Part shown: one piece after another, positions 37,256 through 49,200 of the stretch
Numbering within the stretch: position 1 is the first letter of the stretch
Layout: the number at the start of each line of letters is the position of its first letter
From: Tubiluchus corallicola
Lineage: Eukaryota; Animalia; Priapulida
Assembly (NCBI GenBank): GCA_030141605.1
Contig: JAQGDQ010000157.1
Span: 261,266-325,265 of the forward strand
DNA length: 64,000 bases
Reading direction: 5' to 3'
The notes under the pieces: model-generated
What the model was told of the DNA's origin: nothing
Database searches by the model: none
What the model saw: only the letters and a program-made list of their open reading frames with translations
Made by a program: the position numbers and the translations under genes

Positions 37256-40200
37256 CTGCAAAAACATTAAATCATTTATTTTATAAATGTGAAGCGTAAC
37301 AACACCCAGTCAAAGCTACTCAGCATTAGGGAGAATTCATGTGAGGCACGGCCGTATAGGTTTCAGAGTAGAGGAACCTACCTCTTACTCAGTGGCGACT
37401 CATAGCTAAAATTAGTGGGGGTGCTGTTTCAAAAATGTTTCAGCCATTGTTTTAATACTGTGTAAAACGAAACAAACATAATTATGTAATTTTAATGTTG
37501 CAATTTGTAATTGTAATTTTAAACAAACAAACATTCGAAAATTTATACATAAACTTGATAAAATCCTAGACAAAAAATATTGCTTGCTTTTGAGTAGCCT
37601 AAATTGTTGCAGTTCAAGAATATGCTGGTACACGGCTTTTAAGCATGTGACAACTGATACCACACTGCGTGAGCGACAGAACTTTTTCTACTTAAAGTCT
37701 TGTCTCAGATATGGCCACATACGCACAACAGCTAAGTTGCTTGAGCTGTGAGCACACTGTACTGGGCTGAGAAGCAAACAGTACTACCCTCACGTGCTCT
37801 GGACAGTACAAGTATAAAGAAAGAACTAAAGAAAAAAGACTTATACTGAATAATATAGATATATATAGCGAAAATAGGGGGTGCTGCAGTTCCACAGTGC
37901 CAACACACGAGACGCCACTGCACTTACTCTACATAAAGTAGTGTTCTAAATCATGGACTATAGCACAGAACAAAACCCATTACCACGAATTCTTTACTGT
38001 GACATCTGAATTAAAACAAGTCAGCTCGCTAGCTCAACGTGACCAAAAATGCTAGAAATCTTTTTTAAAAACTGTACGAAATCAATTAGTCATATTCCGT
38101 TAACAGGTAATTAAATGGTAAAAATGAACAATGTTAGGATTCTTAGATTATCTGGCCTACTTAATATGCAACATGAATTCTTGATGAAACTTTTAGTAGT
38201 TAGTTAATTAACCTGTCAGGTTTATCGAGTTCTGGTTTATTACTGCTACTGTCATTGCATCAGCTAATTAAATGTCTCAGCCAATTAATTTTTCTTATAA
38301 CATTCAAAGTAGCAATTGTTTCAATGGGTCTTTTATCTCTACAACCTTAACTCCTTTAGGACTGCACTACTCATAATAGGTCTTATAAGACCTATGACTT
38401 TTCTACTACTGCATGAGCACTGACATAACTAAATGATTACAAATTAGGTACTGTTCTGTTCAGGAGAATCTCGGCCATCCAATCTTGCTATTTGTTTAAA
38501 CATTTATAAGTGATTTAATTTGATAAAATTAAGAAAAACGCCATTTTCAGGTACTTCAACTTAGCTTATTGAGTAGCTTAGTCTGGTTTACACTTGCGTG
38601 ATTGTACACACTATTTTATTGATCACCTGATTATTATAACTCAAGAAAACTGTCTGCTGTCATAGATTTAGATGAAGCGCATTCACATAGAGAGATTGCT
38701 AGCTTACGTATAGAACAATATTTCAAAGGTGTGCCGCTCAGGGGCTGGTTTTGTCTAACAATCGAATGCAGTTTTTCTGTATTGTACAACATGGCATCCA
38801 TTGTTTGCCTAACAGAAGAGCATATAGCGTATAATTTCTATTAGAATATGGCGTCCATTGTTGTTTCTCTTTTTGCACGAGTCTAGCAATCTCTCTGAGG
38901 ACGCACCTAAATCTCTTGTTTGCTGTACAGAGTTGTAGGTAAAACAAACTGATCAGCCCAGGAAAAATTAAAACCATTTCATCTTTTAACAGGTATTTCT
39001 CCTTAAAAATAGAGTAGATATGAGGCCAAAGTCTATCAGAGTGTTATGTCTGGATAGTTAAAACTTTCTGCATTAGCCGATTTCATACAAGTGGTATTGT
39101 ACTCTGTTACAGTACAAACACTGCAGCTACTGAAAGCTTTTTTCTATTTTTGTTAAAAATCGATTTTAATTTGTTTAAGGTAAGTAAAAAGCATTTCATA
39201 GATAATTTTGCAGAAAAATCTATTGAGTGAAGTGTAATCGCTGCTCAGTGAAAGCAGTTATTCATGAACCCATGCAAAATGCAGCAAATGCTTACGGTCC
39301 TGAAGGAGTAAAACAAAAGAGTGGTGCTCTTCCTGTTTATTTTATTTTTAGTTTAATTTTACATAAACTTGCACTGACGAAACTACTATGTTATTTAAAA
39401 ATGTAGAAACAATTTTACCATTATCACTGATTTTAGCATTGCAACTAGAAGGGTTCAGATAAAGCTCCTTGATTAGACTACTTTCTCTAGATGGAAGAGC
39501 ACCACTCTTGCCCACTCGAACTGACACTAACTGTCCCACCTGAATAATATGAAAACAAATTCAGTGAAAAATGTAAAGTGATTGTCGTAACATGTGAAAA
39601 ATAATACCATTTATAAAAAACATGATGAACAAACAATCACGTAAAGTAAATAAAACACCTCACCTCAGTTAGAAGTTTATTGATCTCATAATATTTTGCA
39701 TAATTCATAAAAACTTCAACTAGAGATTGGATAAACCAGGATCCATGAGCCGTGTTTCTGAAGCTTTGATGACCTGTAACATTACAATCAGTGCTCATTC
39801 AGAAACATATAAAAATGTGCTCGTTACATTTATATATTTTACTGTGCAATTTGCATTGTACCTGGTGTAGGGGAAAATTTTAAAACAAAACCAATCTTAA
39901 ACTGTAGGTCAAAACAATGTACTCTTTAAAATATTGAAAGGAACCATACTATTTTTTCAAAAATGATTTACGTGAAAGAATTATCACCACACAAACACAA
40001 TTTCACATGCGCGCCACTAGTTCTTCGCCGTTACATGCATTTCGCCATTCGCTAGTTGACTGCCACTAGCGCCTGCATTTTGGAAAAGCATTGCACAAAA
40101 AACAGGTGCTGTGCCTCTCCGTTTAGATGTGTTAGTTTGTGACGAACTGCACACGTTCTACAGCTCACGCGTGAGCTGAGCAGTAAATTTCACATTTGAA

Positions 40201-43200
40201 TTTTTATCTGAAAACTTGCCTAGTTTAGTACAACATACTGAATATCTTATACCACCACTGTACTTCAATTTTTGCTTTCACAAACATGTGCAACACACAC
40301 GCGTGGAATATTTGTGCTGTTGAAAATTATGTTACTTTGTGATGTCATCAATAGTTGGGCTCGCCTGCTGTTAATTAATTTTTTAATCTGTAATTTAATT
40401 ACCAGAAACGCTTTTGCAGTATTTATTATGTTAAAATATGTACTTTTTATCGGATTTGCAAATGGCGTAGTATATGAAAAATCGTCCTGTGAGACAATTA
40501 GATGATTGATTCTACATTATCGTGAGTCTAATACACGGCGCCTACTGTATTATCTTAATATCGGTAAATACGGACAATCAGTAAATTTGGACCGATGTCT
40601 CCCTGCTTTTCTGTCAAACTGAGATACGAGTGTAAATTAATTTCGTTCATTTTTCAGTTTCACTTGGTTTGAATTCAAAGTTCTGTTAACAAGATTAATA
40701 AGTTAATAAGACTGTGTTATGTCAGTTAAATATATCTGTATGATTTATAGACCTCTTGCTAGAAAAATGCACGAAGATGCGAAAAAAACCATCACAATTC
40801 GAGAGGGGAAGTTTAAGTTAACCAAGGATCCACTTGTAATACAGGCTAGTATACAAAAGCAACATATCTGTTTCAAATCAATTACATAAACATTACTCGT
40901 GCCATGTCAACAATAAGTGCTTACCTGGCATACTGGATCGACAGATGAGAAAATCCCCTAAATTAGGGTCCTTAGTCTTTGGAGGCAGTACTGGCATTGC
41001 ATCAGCGACGTCTGCACCATTATGTAGCTGCGTAGACACTAATGGAGAAGTACTGCTAGTCCCGATCATGCTGAGATCGCTATCCGGCCCTAGCAGATGC
41101 GACGGGGCTGGTACTGGAGGGTTGACTGAAGGCATGGCAGAGTCTCCAGAGTCAGCACCTACGTCGACACGATCTAAAGTGATTATATATAGACTCCGTT
41201 AATAAGTGATGTTTAGAAGGCAAAATACAAAAAAAATTTTCTTAAAAGAAAACCCAATCCAATCTTAAATTATAGCTCAAAACAATCTACCCTACAAAAT
41301 ATTGAAAGCGAACACACTGTTTTTTCAAGACTGACTTAAATTAAAGAATCATTAACACGTAAACCTAATTTCATGTTCAGGCAGTTAGTTCTTAGCTGTT
41401 GCATGCATTTCGCCATTTGCTAGTTAGATGGGCACTAGCGTCTACGTCTCATCGCACAAAACACATTGCACAAAAAAACAGGTGCCGTAGCTCAGTTTTG
41501 ACATGTTAGTTGTGACATAGCATACGTGTTGAAAGCTCATGCGTCAGCACAGCAGTAAGCCTGCAATTTAAATTTTAAACTTAAAATTTGCCGAGTTTTT
41601 GTATATCAAACTGAATTTCCACTTTCGCAACTACATGCAACACGCTTATGAATTGTTTTAGCTATTGAAAATTATGTTCAGTTGTGACGTTTTTCACTAG
41701 TTGGGGTTGCCTAGTTTTTAACCTGTTATTTAGTTATTAGAAAAGCTAAGGCATTATTATAGGTGTTAAAATGCATAGTTTTTACTATACACTCATATCT
41801 CGGTTTGCTGGACCTCACTTTTACGGATGTCGGAATAATCGGACAAAATCTGGACCCCTGAAAAGTCCTGCAAACTACGAACACAGTCTGTTGTTTCGCG
41901 AACTGACCGCTAGTTGGCAGGCCGTCACTTTGTTTACATCCAGGCAGCATGTAGCGACACGCATGTAACTTGTATGTCAGTGTGTTTAAGTGGTTTAATT
42001 AGTCTGTGTAAACGGTTTAGTGTCAGTTCAGCCGGAGCGGCCCATACTAGACGTTACTGAGAGAATTACATGACTGATTTTGCATAACCGTGAGTCTAAT
42101 AAACGGCGCCTATTGTATTAGCCTAGTATCGGTAAATACGGACAATCAGCAAATTCGGACTGATGTCTCCTCGCCTTTGTCTGGCAAACCGAGATATGAA
42201 TGTATTTTAAAATAGGCTAGGATATGAAAAATCATACTTTTTCTTTTAATGTCGTTTATTCTTAAGTTCTGAATGTGTTAGTTGTAATAATAACTGCCAC
42301 TAGGGATATCAAAATATCATTAATAAAATTTTGTTGAACACATTTTGCTACAATTCTTTTCAATAATGACAATGATAATTGTATTAAACAGTCCTACACC
42401 CCTGCCATTTAAATTAAACCACAGCGCTGTAGCGAAAGTAATTGACCTAACTAGTTTTATTGCTTAATATTTTGTAAAACAGGAAATATATGCAAAAAAA
42501 CTTACCTCCTCGACAAGCTTGTATTATGAACAGCTTCGGTTTTCCACTTAATGCTGGAGCCGAGTTTCCTGAAAGGTACATCAGTGTAATCTTGTTACAT
42601 CATTTCCTTAAAAATCACAAAAAATAATAACTTCTCAAATAATGATTTTGATTTGAAATGGCCCTAAACTTTATTTAAAGCACAAGAAAACCCTCCACTT
42701 ACATAAAGCTTAAAAAACTTGCCGTGAAATTTTATGTCACTTACATACTGCTTTTTTCCATGCAGGGCTTGAGTCGACAGTAACACTGTATAAAACTTGA
42801 AAATTTAAACTCCTGCGATGACTGTTTGGTGCAGCCATTTTAATGGTAGGTTGAATCAACTTTGGATAACATTGCACGAAGTTTGAAAAAATAATCAGAG
42901 CATTCGTAGCATTAGTACATTTTTAAATTATTGTATCTTGTCAATAAGATTTAAAATACGTTTTCTGGTTAGTGAGTGAATAATAAGGAGGATGAGCCAG
43001 CGACATTTTACCAAATGATGAAAACATTTTAAATTATTATTTCTAGTTGCATAAGTCCTTCCAGCGGGTAAGCGAAATGCTAAGTAATATAGATTTGCGT
43101 GGAAAGTTTTTTGGGACATAACTTAACATTTCCTCTTCTTCCCTTGATTTACGCTGTATTACGTCACGTAATGGTGCGGTCGGAACAGTATTATGGGAGA

Positions 43201-46200
43201 TATAAAATGAAAACAAACAAAAATTCTGTTTAACATGAGTACCATATATGCATAAAATTGCTGTAAAGTAAAATAACTTTTTAAGGCGATTTTTCTCAAA
43301 CCTACTTCATGTACCCCTTTTCTTGTCCTTTAAGCCTTCACAATCTGCAATGATTTTTACAAGTCACTCAAGTATCAACTTTTAAATTTGGAAATATTGA
43401 AAGTGTCACAATACTAAAATATAAATTCTGAAACACTATGATGCAGCCGTATCTGCTTAGCTGGTGTTTGATTAACTGTGGTTTTCTGTATCTCACATTC
43501 CACCTCAAAGTGCGATATGTTTCTGCCATACAGAAGTAGTGATGTACCTATAACTGCTTAGTTATTAGTGCTTTTTTTGGTTTCCATGGATACGAATTAC
43601 GAAAGGTCAACTAAACATAACGGCGCCTTTTGCAAGCAGTAAACTGTGAAATAAAATCGCATTACGCCATTTGCCAACGGTGGTACCCGCTCAATGGAAT
43701 TTTTTGCAGATTTTCCGCACAAAACTCACCTTTCGAAAGAGAGTGCACTGCCAAATAAAACGATTGGTAAACACTCAATGCAAACAGCTAAAGGTGAAAA
43801 ACCCAGCCAAAGATACGAAACCTCAGTCATAGATATGAAACTTCATCATAGATATGAAAAGAGCTCTAGCTGCTATATTTGCAATTACGGCCTCGGTCAC
43901 AGTTACAGGCGTGCCTTCAAACTAGTGTTTTCTCGCAAGCTAATGAGCTGCGAGGTGCTTTTCGACAGTAAGCGCGAGCAGACACTTCATTTTCATTTTG
44001 CTATGAGAAATTTGTCAAGGCTTTCACTCTACACACTAGTTCGCAGGAAATGAACTCGCCGCAAGTGTCGGAGAGTTTGCAATAACTTGCCGACAGTAAC
44101 TCGCAAAGAATTTCACATTTTGCGAGTCTGATGCCAGACAGAAAACAAGATAGTCTGAATGTAATGTAACAATATGAATCTCACGTGAGAATGCATCAAG
44201 GACGTCAGCCATTTTGATGACATCACCATCTACTCCTAGGATCGCGTCACCACTGTCATCTTTTCCATGGCTCAAAATAACGACTACCGAGCAATCTAAA
44301 TGGTCAGGTCGTTTTGCAAAATCCCGCAGATCAGAAAGCATCACCTGCAAATGGAAAGTTCTTATTATCAACACACCGCTGAAATGTATAGTGAAGCCAC
44401 ATTGAAAAACAGTAAAGATTAGAAAGACTAGAAATTGGCCATCAACATATAACAATATCAAGCTTAGGGTAGGTAGGTGGCAGATCTATCTTTGCTTTTA
44501 GTAATTCAGAAAAACTGAGTAGGTGTCTCAAAGAATTCAGTCAAAATCAAAAAGCTCACAGTCCTAAGTGGTACCTGGGCAGTTTTGTCCTTTCGTTCAG
44601 GCAGAACCTTGAATCCCAAACCGTCAAACAGGTAATTAATGTTAATCGAGTCAAAGTCGGTGCCGTAACGTTCAATGAGGCAGGTGTGCCTTGCAAACAC
44701 TCTATTGTTTAATATGAGACATAACCCACGTGGCTCACTCTCCATTCTAGAATAAACAATAAAATTGAAATTAAAGAATTAATTAATCAGAAATAGAATT
44801 AAGACGAAACTATAAAATTATTAATTAAAATTTCAAAACAATTGACAGTTGATGTAGTGGCAATGAATACATCTGAGGCGAGCCGCCAGACCAGAGGCTA
44901 GCTCGTTATGCGTAAGATGAGCCACTGAACTGCAATGTGTGTCAGATATGTGACAAAGAGAAAAATGTGAAGAAGTGGGGAACAAGTCTAAAAATAAAAA
45001 TAAGATTAAGGCTAAATGTGAATATAAATGTAAATATATATAAAATATGTAAATAAATGTAATCATAAATGTGTATGTTCTGATAATTATGGTATAAGCG
45101 GCAACACTACTCGGCCATTAATACACCAATTTGGCAGAAATTTTGATACTTTTTAGCCTCCAATACACTGAACATCATACAAAACGGCAACCCTGGCAGA
45201 GAGTTAGCCGTGAAAAAACATGGCCGCGTTCTGCGTTCTCGGAAAGAACGATGTTATGATAAATATTGCATTTTACGTTTTAAATTTAAAAAACATGCAT
45301 TTTATATGACTGCGTGAAGTAAGCATATGAACATACAAAAAAATTATAAAATTCCCGGCCGGCAGCGTGATAAAAACATTACCTGGGCGATTAGACGGAA
45401 ACAGAAATATTTTTATTATCGGCCTTAGTGAAACATGAATAAGGAGATGAGAATAAAAGCATGTAAATTGAACATTAATCTGTATTAATTAGTTAACAGG
45501 GATTTGCGACAAAATTAAACGGATGTACTCTGTGAAAACAAAATTTGTTTTACCTATAACAGGTTTCTGGATTATATCGACTGACTATTCCTGGTTGCAC
45601 GTTTACGTCTATAAACTGGGATGGCACTGAAAAGACGAAAATAAATCACTCACCAATACAAATGTAATCAATACAAATCCTCGACACTATGAAATATAAA
45701 TTCCTTTTTACATGGGCAAGAGCAAAGTGAGATATGAAGAATTAAAGCACAAGAAAACACTCTTCATAAATCTGTTAGCAGTAACACTGTAAAGAACTTG
45801 TAAAGCTAAACTACCGCGACGACTGTCAGACGCAGTCATTTTAACAAAGTCATTAAAACAAGTTTAGATAACATCGTGTAAAGTTTGAAGAAAATAATCA
45901 GAGCATTCGTAATGCATGCTTCACTAGCTAAACAAAAGTTTAAGTTACTTTATGTTGTGATTAAAACCTATAACGTGTTTTTTGGTGAATCAGTGGTGTA
46001 CGCTGAGATGGTGATACAATGACATTTCACCAGTTGGCGCAAACATTTTAAATTATTCAGTTACATAAATCTTTCAATCGGGCAAGCGTAATGCTAAGTA
46101 ATATAATTTTACATGGAATTTTCTTAGTATATACTTTAAAATGTGCCTTTTTTCTCCATTAAATATCAGTTAAGTATGTTAAAGCAAAACTCAAAAGTTA

Positions 46201-49200
46201 AAAAATGATCTTTTGCAACTGACTTTTAATTGTAATTTGGTATGTCTTACTTTAGAACATAAAATTATAACAGCGAGACTGACATTATAACAGAAAGACA
46301 AAGATGTATTTTCTGCATTGAGGTTAAAGTGATATACTCGTATCTTGGTTTGCCAGACCTCACACTTACGGATATCGGAAAAATCGGACAAAATTTGGAA
46401 CGTTTAAAGCCCCGCATACTACTTTGTTTACATGTCAGTTTGTTTATATCATTACATCAGTGTAACCAAGCAGTGTTTAACGACACGTGTGTAACTTGTA
46501 TGTGAGGAGCGGCTCGTGCTAGATGTTTTTGAGACAATTAGGCGATTGATTCTACATTACCGTGAGTCTAATACACGGCACCTACAAAATCTGAACGTCA
46601 CTTTGTTTACATCATTACATCAGTGTAACAATGTGTACATATATCTATATATAAAAATATAGAGTCAATTACGAGGAGTCAATTGCCGAAAGTTTTATAA
46701 ACTATTGCACAGGCCCGTACTAGATGTTTTTGAGGCAATTAAGCAATTGATTTTACATTACTGTGAGTCTAATACATGGCGTCTACAGTATTAGCTTAGT
46801 ATCGGTAAATACAGACAATCGGCAAATTTGGACAGACGTCTCCCCGCTTTTGTCCGGCAAACTGAGCTATGAGTGTAACTAAATCTCTCGTCTTGTGCTT
46901 AGCTGACATTTTGCATTGCAAAGTGTAAATTAGACCGCTAAAGAATTAAGCAAAAAATGCAAAGGTGAAAATATGCCTAGAACAAAGATGCTGATTGGCC
47001 CAAGTCAAAATGCAGACAATCGTGTGGCTTTACATCACAATTTTTATGTCTGCATAGCAAGCAAGGTAGATTTATGTAGCAAAGTTTGGATTTAATAAAC
47101 GACGGATTTTACTAGGTTAACAGTTCCATTGTAGCCATAATAAGGGGCTGGATTTATTTCCGTGGATCTATTAAAGGAAGACAGCATATTACCCCATTTT
47201 CAAGTCCGATAAAAAGTATACATTTTAACACAATGCGTACTGCAAAAGTGTTTCTGATAATTAAATAATAAATTAAAAACTTAATAAACGGATGACATCA
47301 CAAAGTAACATAAATTTCAACAGCAGAAATATTCCACGAGCGCGTTGCACTTATTTGCAAAAGTGAAAACTGAAGTACAATGCTAATGTATGATACTCAG
47401 TGTGCTGTACTAAAACTAGGAAAGCTTCAAGATAAAAATTCAAATTTAAAGTTTACCTCTGTTGCTTTAAGCAAATTGTACTGTAGTTGCAAGCCATGTA
47501 AAACAACATGGCTGAAACAAATGCCATTGAAAACTACACTTGTACTTTAATTTCATTTACGATATATTAATTTCAAAATCTTACCTACCATCATTTGGAA
47601 GGTAGTTTGCTTTCGGTGGTTCAGCAGGGTCAAGAGGACCGGTAGCGGCTCTTACGCTTCCGAGGTGATTGCTAATTCCAGGAGATCTGAAGAGCAAAAT
47701 GCACAGAATTGAGAAGTTCGCTTTCTTGTATATTGTTTTGCTTAACTTGCTCGAGTGATTATGCTAATAATTAAAACACCTTTTCAAGATTCATTTTATT
47801 TTATTTTTCTCTACAAATTAGATGCAACTGCAGAAAAAAAATTGATGTAGAAAAAAGGCAGGGAAAAATGAAATTATCACATCAGAAATAAAACAAGAGA
47901 AAACAATGGCAAAGCTATTGTTGTATTCCATCAAAAAATTTTTGCTTATTCATTTTGGAAAGGTAAATTGCACAGTTTGGAGTAATACTATCATTAAATT
48001 AATCAAATTATTGCATTGTGCATTTTTGATCTTTTTATATACTATATAATTATTTTGTGTGGAAATAAAAGAATTTGGTTGATCTTACCTTGCCAGCTGT
48101 CGTGAAGCTCACAATTCCATCAATATGTTTAACTGATTATCATCAATAGCATCACTGTAGATGCATTTATCCTTTGAATGTTAATCTGATAGTCATAGTA
48201 TTACATTCTTTTGCTAAAATATTGAATTTAAATCTAATGCAAAGAACTCACTAAATTTCAGCTATAAAACTGATTTATTCCTCTGTACACAGTCTCACCT
48301 ACATCATTGCACAGAAGCTCAAACTAGTGTGCATAACATTTCCCTTCAATCATTTGCTGGTTCTTTTCATTACCTGTATAGAAAGTTTTACCTGGGAGTT
48401 GCTTTTGCAGAGCTTCAGATTTCACTCTGCTGTATTATTTCTGACTTCTTAAAAATAAAATATACGTGATATGAACATATCACTTTCCTGCATTCTACCT
48501 TGGTTATGGTGCAGTTTTATTCTTCCAAAGCAGCAGTTTTTCAGCATATACCTTTAGAAATCTTCATACAAGCCTCAAAGTGGCAACACTTGAACAAACA
48601 TTAAAATTTAGAAAACACTTTATAGAATAACAAGTCTTATAGATCTTACATCAGTTCAGCTAATTCTCCCTGATTTGATTTACTAAGAGCTTCAAGAAAC
48701 ACACGAAAAGCTCGATCATCGCTTCGCAGTAGCAAATCAATCAACTTGCTTCTTTGGTTAAACATTACAGATTCACCCTGCAAAACAAAATTACAGATTC
48801 ACCCTGCAAAACTGGCCACGTGTTATTAACCAGAATGGAAGCACTAATGAGCTTGGATAAGGCACATTCTCCTTGGTCATTTCTTGTAAAGTAAATGTTC
48901 CGTAAGAAAATCATGGGAAGAAATTACTTTTTTAATGGAGTTCTCTTTTTTCGTAAAAATTTATAATACTTATATGCATTGTTATAGTAGATCATTTTGC
49001 ACATTAGAAGACGAAAGTAACCACAACAAAGTAACATTGTATACAGCAGATCCATTTAGTGGCATATTAGAGGGCAGTAATACGAGCTCCGTAATGGTCT
49101 GGACAATGGCCCACAGTCTCTTAACTCCTTCAGGACTGCACCATTCAAAATAGGTCTTATAAGACTATGACTTTTCCGCTACTGTATGAACACAGACATA

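Noticed and set aside
44833-44929. Extra caspase exon (SVAHLTHNELASGLAARL)
   Set aside because: It has no convincing donor and runs into a stop. Exons 4 and 5 already join to give the canonical YRM motif.
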